Source of the DNA: an uncultured Verrucomicrobiae bacterium
Lineage (GTDB): Bacteria > Verrucomicrobiota > Verrucomicrobiia > Verrucomicrobiales > Akkermansiaceae
DNA: 64,000 nt
Direction: 5' to 3'
Assembly (NCBI GenBank): GCA_963849375.1
Contig: CAWKHB010000003.1
Coordinates: 48,831-112,830 of the forward strand
The translations under genes were made by a program, and so were the position numbers. The notes beneath the pieces are model-generated. The model searched no databases. It saw only the letters and a program-made list of their open reading frames with translations, and was not told the origin of the DNA. Positions 1-9,847 of this stretch are shown here, piece after piece. Position 1 is the stretch's first letter; each line of letters begins with the position of its first letter.

Positions 1-153
1 TCTGCACCTTCCCAAACTCCTTTGTTGGAATGGATGAGCAAGCAGTTGGCGGGTAGGATCTTGGATCGGGCAGATGGGAATATGAAGGAGGCGGCGATGA
101 ATTTGGGGGTTGAGTTATCTGAGCTGAAATCGATTTTAGGAACTGGCAGATAA
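1..153 (+). CDS. 3' end of a Fis-type HTH regulator (probably sigma-54-dependent), partial
   Basis: Frame 1 reads ...LEWMSKQLAGRILDRADGNMKEAAMNLGVELSELKSILGTGR*, which resembles a C-terminal Fis-like HTH (GN...AA..LG). Confidence 0.6.
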   Translation, partial: SAPSQTPLLEWMSKQLAGRILDRADGNMKEAAMNLGVELSELKSILGTGR

Positions 154-155
154 GT

Positions 156-776
<621 letters not shown>

Positions 777-819
777 AGGGGTTGTCCGGGGAAAAGTTGG
801 TGAAAGTGTAGAAACTCCG

Positions 820-847
820 TTGCGTGTTTGGCAAGATGGGATAGTCT
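820..847 (+). promoter_or_regulatory. Putative sigma70 promoter for 6S RNA
   Basis: TTGCGT (820-825), 16-nt spacer, TAGTCT (842-847), about 8 nt upstream of the RNA hairpin. Confidence 0.45.
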
Positions 848-852
848 GATGG

Positions 853-1030
853 CTTACTGCTGTGTCCGACCATTTTGGAAGCTGGCCCGGACCGATATTT
901 ATGTTAGGGACCATTCATCCGACTGGCGACTGTCATGCCTTCTTAGGAAGACATGCAACCCTTCGGACGGTCCCCCTTGTTGAGTCTCCGGAACGTGGCT
1001 CACAGCTCCAAGGACGGCACAGCGGTTTCC
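853..1030 (+). ncRNA. ssrS: 6S RNA
   Basis: ~175-nt rod: actgctgtg/cacagcggt closing stem, ttggaagctg/cagctccaa, central bubble with CCGATATTT (as in E. coli 6S) opposite cttgttgagtc, agggacc/ggtcccc, terminal catgccttc-ttag-gaagacatg hairpin, then a T-run. Confidence 0.8.
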
Positions 1031-1067
1031 TTTTTCTTGGGGTGTAGAGTTTTGTATAAGGCGAAAT

Positions 1068-1525
1068 GCCCTAACGGGGTAACGCATATCAGCTTGGGGT
1101 GAAATCCCGGGGAATGATAGATGCAAACGGATGTGTTCTAAAAAAAAGGCCGCATTAAGTTGGTTTGCGCATGCGTCCGCTGTGGGATGATATGCGGTGT
1201 TCTTTCAGAACACGGGAATGGGGGGGATGGAACCCGGGGTTTCACCCCGGGTTGGTATGCGGATGCCCCTTTGGGGCGGGGAAGGGTGATGGGGCGGGGA
1301 TGTTTGGCGGGTGCGTCCGCTGTGGGATGATATGCGGTGTTCTTTCAGAACATGGGAATGGGTGGGGGATGGAACCCCGGGGTTGCACCCCGGGCTGGTA
1401 TGCGGGTGCCCCTTTGGGGCGGAGGTGGGTGTTTATGCGGTGTTCTTTCAGAACATGTGAATCGATGGGGGATGGAATCCAGGGTTGCACCCCGGGCTGG
1501 TATGCGGGTGCCCCTTTGGGGCGGG
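1068..1525. repeat. REP/REPIN-like palindromic repeat cluster: one degenerate inverted unit plus three direct units
   Basis: Unit tatgcggTGTTCtttcaGAACA...CCCGGGGttt/gcaCCCCGGGt/ctggtatgcgg.tGCCCCtttGGGGC at ~1190-1280, ~1330-1422 and ~1434-1525; reverse-complement copy at ~1068-1155. Confidence 0.85.
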
Positions 1526-1588
1526 GGCGGGGATGTTTGTTGGGTGGTGTTTTGGTATTGGTTTGATAATTGTTTGGGGTAGGGCATT

Positions 1589-4189
1589 GTGGAGGCTCAC
1601 ATGATGAAAATTCTGGGACGTATTATAATTGTGATCTCTGTTGGGGCGTTTTGTAACGCGAGTGAGGTGAGAGATGCGCAGGCGATTCGTCAGTTGGCCT
1701 CGGATGAGTATGCGGAAAGAGAGGCTGCAACGAGGATGTTGTGGGAGAGGGGGCAGGAGGTGGTAGAGATTTTAGAAGAGGCACGGCGATCTGATCAGCC
1801 GGAGACAGCGATCCGGGCTAGTGAGTTGTTAGCTTATGCGAGGATGAAGATTACGCCTGAAACATCGCCAGAGGTGATTGTGTTGGTGGAGAATTACTTA
1901 GAGGCGGGTGAGAAGGAGAAGATTGCTATTTTAGGGCAGCTGAAGGAGCGGCGGGCGTGGTTTCAGGCGCTAAGGCTATTTTCAGATGAGCCAGAGCAGG
2001 TAAAAAAAGGGATGCGGCCGGTCTTGCGCGGTGTGGCGATTACAGCAGCGCGGGAGGAAGTGATGCGGGATGATGCTCAGGCGGCGCTGGATGTTTTGCG
2101 GATTTCACCGTTTGAGTATACTGATCTGATGGCGCTTGCGGCGCAGTATTGGAATATGGGGATGCTGGATTCTGAGTTAGAGAAGGCGGAGCCGCCCGGG
2201 ACGATTTCCGCTGATAAGTGGCGGCTAGCCTTGTTGCGGGTGAAGGGTGATGTGGAAGGTGCGCGGAAGGTGGCTGAGGGGATGGGCGCGAAGAGAACAG
2301 CGGCATACTTGGAGGTTTTGATGGGAAATCCGGAAGGTTTTTTAGAAGGTTATGGGAGCGGTAAGGATGAGACGCGGGTGTCTGCGGTGTATCGTAAACT
2401 CGCGCTGCGGAGATGGGGAGGCGAGCAAGTGAGTGCGAAGGATCTTTTGCCCTTGGAGGGGGCTTTGGAGGCAGAAGAACAGCAATCGCAATTGCAGGCT
2501 ATGGCGGCTTTGGCGACTTTGGGTGAGCCAGGTGCGGCGGAATTGTTACAGGAGAAGATGAACCCTGAGGTGGCTTTTCGGCATTATTTATCGCAGGAGC
2601 AAATTGATAAAGCGCTCGCTGTGTATGAGCTGAAACCGGACTTTGAGGGTTTGAAGAAGCGAGTTGAGGATCATTTAGAGAATCTGACTGATGAAAAGAA
2701 GGTGAACCGGGAAGATTTGTTGCGGGAGTCTGGGCGGCTGCGGCAGGTGTTGGCGTTTCTTGAGACTACGGGGCAGAGGCAAGTGTTTGAAGAGGCATTT
2801 GCAGGGCCGTTGTTAGAATTTGCCAAGAAGGATAGGGGTAAATTTCTCTCTGTTCTGACGGAAATTTTTCAGCAGGACCTTGGGGCACCTAGGTTTGCAT
2901 TTGAGCTGGCGAGTGAGTGGGCGGGGGATGATGATGAGAAATGGAATGAGGTATTTATGATGCCGCTTAATGAAAATCTTCCGGTGGGGGATTGGTTGCC
3001 ATGGTTGCGTAAGGAGAATGCGGAGGCTGGTGAAGGCGAGATTTTGGAGATTGCTTTGGCGTTATTTCGGATCACGGATGATCCTAAAGGTTTGAGGGCT
3101 AAATGGATTGAAAGAGCTTGGGAGGTGGCTGACGAGACAGGGGGCGAGGCTGACCAAGAAATGCTGGGTCGGATCATGAGGCTGGCGGAGACCCAAGGAG
3201 ATGTGGGAAATGCTTTGCGCGCCTATGATGAGATGCCCGGGAATGAGGGATGGGGGACGATAGATCGGTTTTTTTCGGCAGCGGGTAGATGGAAAGAGGC
3301 GGCGGAGTTTTTAGGGGAGAATGCGGAGAATTTGGAAAGTAGCTCACCGGAGATGCATGCCTACTTGGCGATAAATTTTAGGCGTGCTGGCATGTTGGAT
3401 GAGGCAGAGCGGCACGATTTACTTGCTGAGAAGCTGACGTTGGGATTTGCGCCTAGTTGTGCACGGATTGCAGCCTCATATGCTTATGGGGGCTTTATGG
3501 AACAGGCGGAGATATGGTATGCGAGGGCGGGAATTTTGGCGAACACGAGAGGATCCGAGTTTATAGCGGCTTTGAGTGTTTATGCGCCGTCGATGCTGCG
3601 GACGAAGCAGTGGGAGAGGGCAGCTGCGGCCTATGAGGCGCTTGCTTTGTTTCAGGTGCATCAAGGATTTCGCCAAGAGGCTTTGATAAGGTTTGTCATT
3701 GCGAGGTTGAATGCGGATTTGCCGAAGGCTTTGGCGGAGCTTGAGGACGATCGGCAGGGAGCGATTGCGCGGTTGGATAAGATTCATGAGGTGTTGAAGA
3801 CCAATGGTATTTTAGCGGACGAGTTTTTTCCTTTGGTGCGCGAGGCAGGCTTGGTAAGTGAGTTAGGAGGTTGGTTTGAGGATTCGTGGGCTGGGCTTTC
3901 TGCTGTGGTGGAGCGATACCCGGCCTCGGATAATACGCGGAATACGGCGGCATGGTTCGCCTCGCGTGCGCAGTTGCGGCTGGATGAGGCAAGGGAGCAT
4001 CTAGACAAGGCCCTTGAGAGGAAGCCAAACCAGCCTGCTTATTTAGATACGATGGCGGAGACTTATTTTGCGGAGGGGGAGCGGGAGAAAGCCGTTGAGT
4101 GGTCGGCTAGGGCGGTGCAGAACGAGCCGTTTGACGATATGATACGCTCGCAGTATCGGCGTTTTGAGACTGCAGAGTTGCCGCGTTGA
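1589..4189 (+). CDS. Large exported helical-repeat (HEAT/TPR) protein
   Basis: 866-aa ORF with a signal-peptide-like N-terminus, a HEAT-like start (LASDEYAEREAATRML) and a C-terminal TPR (PAYLDTMAETYFAEGEREKAVEW). Confidence 0.75.
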   Translation: MEAHMMKILGRIIIVISVGAFCNASEVRDAQAIRQLASDEYAEREAATRMLWERGQEVVEILEEARRSDQPETAIRASELLAYARMKITPETSPEVIVLVENYLEAGEKEKIAILGQLKERRAWFQALRLFSDEPEQVKKGMRPVLRGVAITAAREEVMRDDAQAALDVLRISPFEYTDLMALAAQYWNMGMLDSELEKAEPPGTISADKWRLALLRVKGDVEGARKVAEGMGAKRTAAYLEVLMGNPEGFLEGYGSGKDETRVSAVYRKLALRRWGGEQVSAKDLLPLEGALEAEEQQSQLQAMAALATLGEPGAAELLQEKMNPEVAFRHYLSQEQIDKALAVYELKPDFEGLKKRVEDHLENLTDEKKVNREDLLRESGRLRQVLAFLETTGQRQVFEEAFAGPLLEFAKKDRGKFLSVLTEIFQQDLGAPRFAFELASEWAGDDDEKWNEVFMMPLNENLPVGDWLPWLRKENAEAGEGEILEIALALFRITDDPKGLRAKWIERAWEVADETGGEADQEMLGRIMRLAETQGDVGNALRAYDEMPGNEGWGTIDRFFSAAGRWKEAAEFLGENAENLESSSPEMHAYLAINFRRAGMLDEAERHDLLAEKLTLGFAPSCARIAASYAYGGFMEQAEIWYARAGILANTRGSEFIAALSVYAPSMLRTKQWERAAAAYEALALFQVHQGFRQEALIRFVIARLNADLPKALAELEDDRQGAIARLDKIHEVLKTNGILADEFFPLVREAGLVSELGGWFEDSWAGLSAVVERYPASDNTRNTAAWFASRAQLRLDEAREHLDKALERKPNQPAYLDTMAETYFAEGEREKAVEWSARAVQNEPFDDMIRSQYRRFETAELPR

Positions 4190-4279
4190 AGGTGGAAAGC
4201 GGAGTGTGTGAGCAAACGCCTTTACAGGTGGCGGGAGGGAGAGTTGAATGCTCGCCCCGAATGGATCGGTTCCCTTTTT

Positions 4280-5377
4280 ATGGCTCTTATTATCAAAGAT
4301 AGAAACGAATGTGCTTTTGACCAAATTTCGCTGGGTGAGGTGATGCTCCGGCTAGACCCGGGTGAAGGTAGGATACGGACAACGCGTAATTTTCAGGCAT
4401 GGGAAGGAGGTGGTGAGTATAATACGTCACGTGGTTTACGGAAATGCTTTGGCTATAAGACGGGTGTTGTGACTGCGCTGGTTGACAATGAGATTGGCCA
4501 TTTGATTGAAGATTTCATTATGCAGGGGGGTGTGGCTACGGATTTTATTCAGTGGGCGGAAGATGATGGGATTGGGCGCTCGGTGAGGAACGGGCTAAAT
4601 TTTACAGAACGGGGGTTTAGCATCCGGGGGGCTGTGGGGAACCCGGATCGTGGGAATACGGCAGCCTCTCAAATCAAGCCGGGGGATGTGGACTGGGAGC
4701 ATATTTTCGGGAAATTAGGTGTCCGCTGGTTTCACACTGGCGGTATTTATGCTGCGCTTTCTGAGAGTGCTGCGCAGACGACGATTGAGGCGGTGCGCGC
4801 GGCTAAGAAGTATGGGACGGTAGTTTCGTATGATTTGAACTACCGGCCTTCGCTGTGGAAAACGATTGGGGGGCAGGATAAGGCGCAAGAGGTGAATCGC
4901 GAGATCGCGGAGTATGTGGATGTGATGATTGGGAATGAGGAGGATTTTACGGCCTCGCTGGGCTTTGAGGTTGAGGGGGTGGACCACAATATTTCGGACA
5001 TTCAGATTGATGCATTCAAGGCGATGATTGAGACGGCAGTGAAGGCATTTCCGAATTTTAAAGTGGCGGCGACGACTTTGAGGGGGGTTAAGACGGCTAC
5101 GATCAATGATTGGTCGGCTATTTTGTGGCACGATGGTGAATTTCAGGAGAGCAGGAAGTATGACGATTTGGAAATTTTAGATCGAGTTGGAGGTGGTGAT
5201 TCTTTTGCCTCGGGTTTGCAGTTTGGATTTTTGGAGTTCAACGATGCGAAGAAGGCTGTGGAATACGGTGCGGCGCATGGTGCGTTGGCAGCGACAACGC
5301 CGGGTGATACTTCAATGGCGACGCGAAAAGAGGTGGAGAAGCAAATATCTGGCGGAGGTGCACGGGTGGTGCGATGA
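4280..5377 (+). CDS. kdgK: PfkB-family sugar kinase, 2-keto-3-deoxygluconate kinase-like
   Basis: LGEVMLRL, GGGEYN, YDLNYRPSLW and DRVGGGDSF motifs; likely start MALIIKD at 4280. Confidence 0.85.
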   Translation: MALIIKDRNECAFDQISLGEVMLRLDPGEGRIRTTRNFQAWEGGGEYNTSRGLRKCFGYKTGVVTALVDNEIGHLIEDFIMQGGVATDFIQWAEDDGIGRSVRNGLNFTERGFSIRGAVGNPDRGNTAASQIKPGDVDWEHIFGKLGVRWFHTGGIYAALSESAAQTTIEAVRAAKKYGTVVSYDLNYRPSLWKTIGGQDKAQEVNREIAEYVDVMIGNEEDFTASLGFEVEGVDHNISDIQIDAFKAMIETAVKAFPNFKVAATTLRGVKTATINDWSAILWHDGEFQESRKYDDLEILDRVGGGDSFASGLQFGFLEFNDAKKAVEYGAAHGALAATTPGDTSMATRKEVEKQISGGGARVVR

Positions 5378-5404
5378 TGCGGGTGGATAGGCCTGCGGAT
5401 TGAT

Positions 5405-6304
5405 ATGGTTTCTGAGGAGAAGATAGGAGAAAGTAAAACACCGAACTTACGTCAGGACTTAACCGTGCTGATGAAGGTCCGGTTGAACTTTTTTGTGCTG
5501 ATAACCACTTTATTTGGTTATCTTCTTGCGCGGAAGGGCCTCGATATGGAGTGGGCTTTGCTGTTTCACACTTTGGTGGGGACGGCTGCGGCGGCATTTG
5601 GCTCGGCTGCTTTTAATCAGTTGATGGAGGTTGATCTGGATTTGATGATGAAGAGGACGGCGGACAGGCCATTGCCATCGCGGAGAATCAATCCTGTGAC
5701 AGCGTTTGGGTTAGGATGGATTTTATCTGCTGCAGGCATTATTCACTTGGCCGTTTTGGTGAATGCGGAGGCTGCGTATTTGGCGGCTGCGACGATTGCG
5801 ATCTATGTTTTCATTTACACGCCGATGAAGCGTTTGAGCTCACTCAACACTTTGGTGGGTGCCATTCCAGGAGCGATTCCGCCGGTGATTGGTTGGGTAG
5901 GGGGAGGCGGGGGAATATTGGAGGCGGAAGCGTGGTTTTTGTTTGGGATTCTATTTTTTTGGCAGTTGCCGCATTTTGTGGCGATCAATTGGCTTTGCCG
6001 GGAAGAGTATGAGGACGCGGGGTATAGGATGTGGTCGAACGGGGATGTCTCTGGAAGGCGAAGTGGGCGGCTTTGCTTGATGTTTTCGCTGATGTTGGTG
6101 GTGTTTTCTTTGTTTCCGTTGGGATGGGGTTTTACGGGTTTGGGGTGGTTGATTGCTGGGACTCTTTGCGCGCTTGTATTGGCTTTTTTGAGTTACCGAT
6201 TTCTTCGTAAAAGCACGCGGACTGAGTGCAGGCAGTTATTTTTCGGCACTTTGATTTATCTGCCAGTGATACTTGTTATCCTTTTGATCTCATGGCGGGT
6301 ATAG
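5405..6304 (+). CDS. cyoE: Protoheme IX farnesyltransferase (heme O synthase)
   Basis: MKRTADRPLPS, YTPMKR, GAIPGAIPP and FFWQLPHF; multi-TM. Confidence 0.93.
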   Translation: MVSEEKIGESKTPNLRQDLTVLMKVRLNFFVLITTLFGYLLARKGLDMEWALLFHTLVGTAAAAFGSAAFNQLMEVDLDLMMKRTADRPLPSRRINPVTAFGLGWILSAAGIIHLAVLVNAEAAYLAAATIAIYVFIYTPMKRLSSLNTLVGAIPGAIPPVIGWVGGGGGILEAEAWFLFGILFFWQLPHFVAINWLCREEYEDAGYRMWSNGDVSGRRSGRLCLMFSLMLVVFSLFPLGWGFTGLGWLIAGTLCALVLAFLSYRFLRKSTRTECRQLFFGTLIYLPVILVILLISWRV

Positions 6305-7023
6305 CTGCGGATCTTATTCGCGCGGGGCGAGATTTGGATGAAAGTTTAGGAGGATTGCGCTTCAGTGATCCGGTAGCGTGGACGTATCTGACGACGGATT
6401 ATGCTAGAGATGGGTATGAGTCCTATTTGCAGAAATTTGGGGATTCTGAGAAGGAGGTTTTGTTTCTAGGGATGAATCCGGGTCCCTATGGGATGGCGCA
6501 ATGTGGGGTACCCTTCGGAGAGGTGAATCTCGTCCGGCAATGGATGAGATTGGAGCCGACTATACGGAAACCGATTCTTGAGCATCCCAAAAGGCCGATT
6601 GAGGGTATGGCGTGTAAGCGCTCGGAAGTGAGTGGGCGGAGGTTGTGGGGTTATTTTTCGGAGCTTTTCCCGGATGCTGAAGATTTTTTCAGGAAATATC
6701 TGGTGATTAATTTTTGTCCTTTGGTGTGGATGAAAGAGAGTGGGGCAAATTTGACGCCGGATAAGATTGTGCGAGCGGAGGCGAATGAGGTGGAAAGGCT
6801 CTGTAGTGCGCATTTGGCGCGGGTTTTGGACATTTTAATGCCGCATACCGTTGTGGGTGTGGGTGCGTATGCGGAGAAGCAATTGGAAAAGGCAGCCCAA
6901 GAGCTGGGGCGACCTATCGCGGTTGGGAAAATTTTGCATCCATCACCAGCTTCGCCATTGGCGAATCGAGGTTGGGCAGAGGTGGCGGAGAAGCAGTTGA
7001 GGGAGCTTCTCCCGGATTGGTAG
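6292..7023 (+). CDS. SMUG1-type (family 3) uracil-DNA glycosylase
   Basis: GMNPGPYGMAQCGVPFG, SEVSGRRLW and LHPSPASP motifs; likely start MAGIAA. Confidence 0.9.
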   Translation: MAGIAADLIRAGRDLDESLGGLRFSDPVAWTYLTTDYARDGYESYLQKFGDSEKEVLFLGMNPGPYGMAQCGVPFGEVNLVRQWMRLEPTIRKPILEHPKRPIEGMACKRSEVSGRRLWGYFSELFPDAEDFFRKYLVINFCPLVWMKESGANLTPDKIVRAEANEVERLCSAHLARVLDILMPHTVVGVGAYAEKQLEKAAQELGRPIAVGKILHPSPASPLANRGWAEVAEKQLRELLPDW

Positions 7024-7040
7024 TTTTTCCAAAGTTTTCC

Positions 7041-7889
7041 TTAGGTGTTGGTGCTGTTCTGGCCTTTTTCGATTTGTGAGCGGAGCTGTTTTAGATCTGT
7101 ATCGATGCGGGTGAGGATGGCAACGAGTTCGGGATCTGTATGGGTATCGATTTCGGGAGTGAGAGCTAGTTCGGACATGGTAGAGACGATGATGCCGATG
7201 AAGAGATTGAGGATGGTGAAGGTGGCGATCATGATGAAAGGGACGAAGAAGAGCCAAGCCCAAGGATGATTTTCCATGGTGGGGCGGACGATGCCCATGG
7301 ACCAGCTTTCGAGGGTCATGATTTGAAATAGAGTGTAGAGGCTGGAGCCGAGATCGCCGAAGTATTCAGGTTCGGTAGCGCCGAAGAGTTTTGTCGCTAG
7401 GACGCCGGTGGTGTAGAAGAAGATGGTCATGACGGCGATGACGCCACCGAGGCCGGGGATGGAATGGATGAAGGCAGCGACGACTTTTTTCAGGCTGGGA
7501 ACTGCGGTGAGGAGTCGGAGGACTCGAAGGACGCGGAGGGAGCGAAGGACGGCCCAAGTGCCAGAACCAGGGACGAGGGCGATGCCGACGACGAGGAAAT
7601 CGAAGATATTCCAGCCGCTGCGCCAGAAGGTGAGTCGGTAGCAGTAGAGTTTGAGGGCTAGCTCGATGACGAAGCCGAGCAGGCAGATTCTGTCGATCGT
7701 TTTGAGGAGGATGCCAAACGATTGCATGGCTGAGGGGCTGGTTTCTAGGCCGAGAACGATGGCATTGATGATGATTAGGAAGATGACTGCTGCCTGAACA
7801 GGCTTAGACTCGACCCAGTGAGCGACCTTGATCCTCCTTGCGGAAACTTTTTGGTGCTTGAGGAGGTTCAGAAGGTCGTTCTCGCTCAT
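7041..7889 (-). CDS. Bacterial voltage-gated sodium channel (BacNav/NaChBac family)
   Basis: WNIFDF, S4 LRSLRVLRVLRLL, selectivity filter TLESWSMG, LNLFIGII. Confidence 0.88.
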   Translation of the reverse strand: MSENDLLNLLKHQKVSARRIKVAHWVESKPVQAAVIFLIIINAIVLGLETSPSAMQSFGILLKTIDRICLLGFVIELALKLYCYRLTFWRSGWNIFDFLVVGIALVPGSGTWAVLRSLRVLRVLRLLTAVPSLKKVVAAFIHSIPGLGGVIAVMTIFFYTTGVLATKLFGATEPEYFGDLGSSLYTLFQIMTLESWSMGIVRPTMENHPWAWLFFVPFIMIATFTILNLFIGIIVSTMSELALTPEIDTHTDPELVAILTRIDTDLKQLRSQIEKGQNSTNT

Positions 7890-7930
7890 CTGAGGGGAAA
7901 TTTAAGATTTTTTAGAAACTCGCTTCTCAA

Positions 7931-8716
7931 TTAGGCTTTTCCGCCAAAGGAAGTGACGAGTGAGGCGAAATCTACGGGTTCTGCCTTATCTGCATTGATG
8001 ATAGCCATTTTTTGTAGGGAGAAAATTTCTGAGATGCCCTTTTCTGCGAGGTTGAGCATTTCGTCCATTTGAGTGCGGGAGAATACGGCTTCTTCCCCAG
8101 AGCCTTGGACTTCTACGTATTCGAGGTTTTCGGTCATTACGATATTGAAGTCGACGGTGGCGGCTTTGTCTTCTGGGTAGTTTAGATCCAAGACGGGTGT
8201 GTTTTCAAAGACTCCGGCTGAGACAGCGGCGACGAGTTTTTTCAGGGGGAAGGTTTTGATTTTCCCTTCTGCCATCATGCGGTTGAAGGCGATGGCGGTG
8301 GCTACGCAAGCACCGGTGACGGAAGCTGTGCGGGTGCCTCCGTCGGCTTGGAGGACGTCACAATCGATCCATAGGGTCCGTTGGCCGATTTTCTGGAGAT
8401 CGACTACTGCGCGAAGGGAGCGGCCGATGAGGCGCTGAATTTCTGAGGAGCGGCCATCGAGTTTCCCGCGTGAGATATCGCGTGATTTCCTATCATGGGT
8501 GGAGTATGGGAGCATTGAGTATTCGGCAGTGAGCCAGCCACCGGAGATTTTTTGGTAACGCATCCAGCCGGGGACGCCATCTTCGAGGGTGGCGGAGCAG
8601 ATGACTCGTGTATTTCCGAAGCAAACGAGGACGGAGCCTGTTGCGTTGGGGGCAACATTTGGGTGGAAAGAGATCGTGCGTAGTTGATCGTTGGCGCGGG
8701 AGTCAGGGCGTGGCAT
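7931..8716 (-). CDS. rph: Ribonuclease PH
   Basis: GWLTAEYSMLP, EIQRLIGRSLR, DCDVLQADGGTRTAS. Confidence 0.96.
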   Translation of the reverse strand: MPRPDSRANDQLRTISFHPNVAPNATGSVLVCFGNTRVICSATLEDGVPGWMRYQKISGGWLTAEYSMLPYSTHDRKSRDISRGKLDGRSSEIQRLIGRSLRAVVDLQKIGQRTLWIDCDVLQADGGTRTASVTGACVATAIAFNRMMAEGKIKTFPLKKLVAAVSAGVFENTPVLDLNYPEDKAATVDFNIVMTENLEYVEVQGSGEEAVFSRTQMDEMLNLAEKGISEIFSLQKMAIINADKAEPVDFASLVTSFGGKA

Positions 8717-8772
8717 GGCGCGGACGGTATAAAGATCTGCGCAGATGGAAAACTGAAAACCGACAGATTTAT

Positions 8773-9714
8773 TTAGTATCCGCCAGAGGCCTCGCTGAAG
8801 GTGTAGGGGGCTTGGTAGCGGCCGGTATCTTCTTTTACGAGTTGGCGGACGAGATCGTTGAGGACGGAGGATGCGCCGAAGCGGTAGCGAGTGGGGTTAA
8901 GCCATGCATCACCGAGGGTTTCTTTGACGGCGACGAGGTAGGTGAGAGCTTGTTTGGCGGTGCGGATGCCGCCGGCTGGTTTCATGGCGATTTGGCGTCC
9001 AGTGGCGAGATAGAAATCGCGAATGGCCTCGAGCATGACTTGGGTGTTGGCGAGGGTAGCGTTGGCGGAGGTTTTGCCAGTTGAGGTTTTGATGAAATCG
9101 CCATCGCGCAGGACTTCCATGGCGAGGAAGGATGCGGCGCGGATGTTATCGTATGTTTCTAGCTCGCCGGTTTCGAGGATTACTTTGAGAGTGGCGGTGC
9201 CGCAGGCTTCGCGGACAGCTACGATTTCGTCTTGGACTTCTTGAATTCTCCCGGAAAGGAATTTGCCGCGACTGATGACCATATCGATTTCGTCGGCGCC
9301 TTCGCTGACGGCGAATTTGACTTCATCGAGGCGGGTGCTGAGGGGAGTTTGGCCGGAAGGAAAGCCAGTGGCTACAGAGGCGATGCGGACGGGGGTGCCT
9401 TTGACGATTTGGGCTGCGAATTTTACCATGGCTGGATAGACGCAGACGGCGGCTGTGATAGGAAGTTGAGGCATTGGCGAATGCGGGCGAAGGGCTTTGT
9501 GACAGAGCGAGGCAACTTTGCCCGGAGTGTCATTGCCTTCGAGTGTTGTGAGATCCACCATGGAGATGGCCATTTTTAGGCCAAAGACTTTGGAGTGTTT
9601 TTTGATGCTGCGGGTGCCGAATTTGGCGACACGTGCTTCGATTCCGGTTTTATCGACCTTGCCGACTGAGTTGATCAGGGAATTGAGTGATCGCATGTCG
9701 GGGGTAAGACTCAT
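8773..9714 (-). CDS. deoC: Deoxyribose-phosphate aldolase (long form)
   Basis: DLTTLEG, GADEIDMVI, LKVILETGEL, DFIKTSTGK, KPAGGI, RFGAS. Confidence 0.93.
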   Translation of the reverse strand: MSLTPDMRSLNSLINSVGKVDKTGIEARVAKFGTRSIKKHSKVFGLKMAISMVDLTTLEGNDTPGKVASLCHKALRPHSPMPQLPITAAVCVYPAMVKFAAQIVKGTPVRIASVATGFPSGQTPLSTRLDEVKFAVSEGADEIDMVISRGKFLSGRIQEVQDEIVAVREACGTATLKVILETGELETYDNIRAASFLAMEVLRDGDFIKTSTGKTSANATLANTQVMLEAIRDFYLATGRQIAMKPAGGIRTAKQALTYLVAVKETLGDAWLNPTRYRFGASSVLNDLVRQLVKEDTGRYQAPYTFSEASGGY

Positions 9715-9847
9715 GGTGATTTAGTAGCTGAAAATGGGCGGGTAGGCTAGGGGGAATGCAGGCTATTTGGTGCATGGGGAGGTGGGGGGAGCGGATATTC
9801 GTGTTCACAAGTATGGGGGAAATGTTTAGGTGTGGTGAGGCAAGTTT

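Noticed and set aside
1198-1455. Verrucomicrobial LexA boxes (TGTTC-N4-GAACA)
   Set aside because: The spacing here is N5 (TGTTC-tttca-GAACA) and the sites are part of the repeat unit.
1068-1525. CRISPR array
   Set aside because: The units are ~100 bp composites of several palindromes with related G-rich linkers and one inverted copy; there are no unique spacers and no cas genes.
862-1587. Short ORFs 862-1047, 899-1126, 1165-1566, 1242-1490, 1337-1582 and 1345-1587
   Set aside because: They are translations of the 6S RNA and of the palindromic repeats.
9720-9847. Fluoride riboswitch upstream of CLC-F
   Set aside because: No GAUG...GUUC.CC / CUGAUGAC-like consensus is visible.
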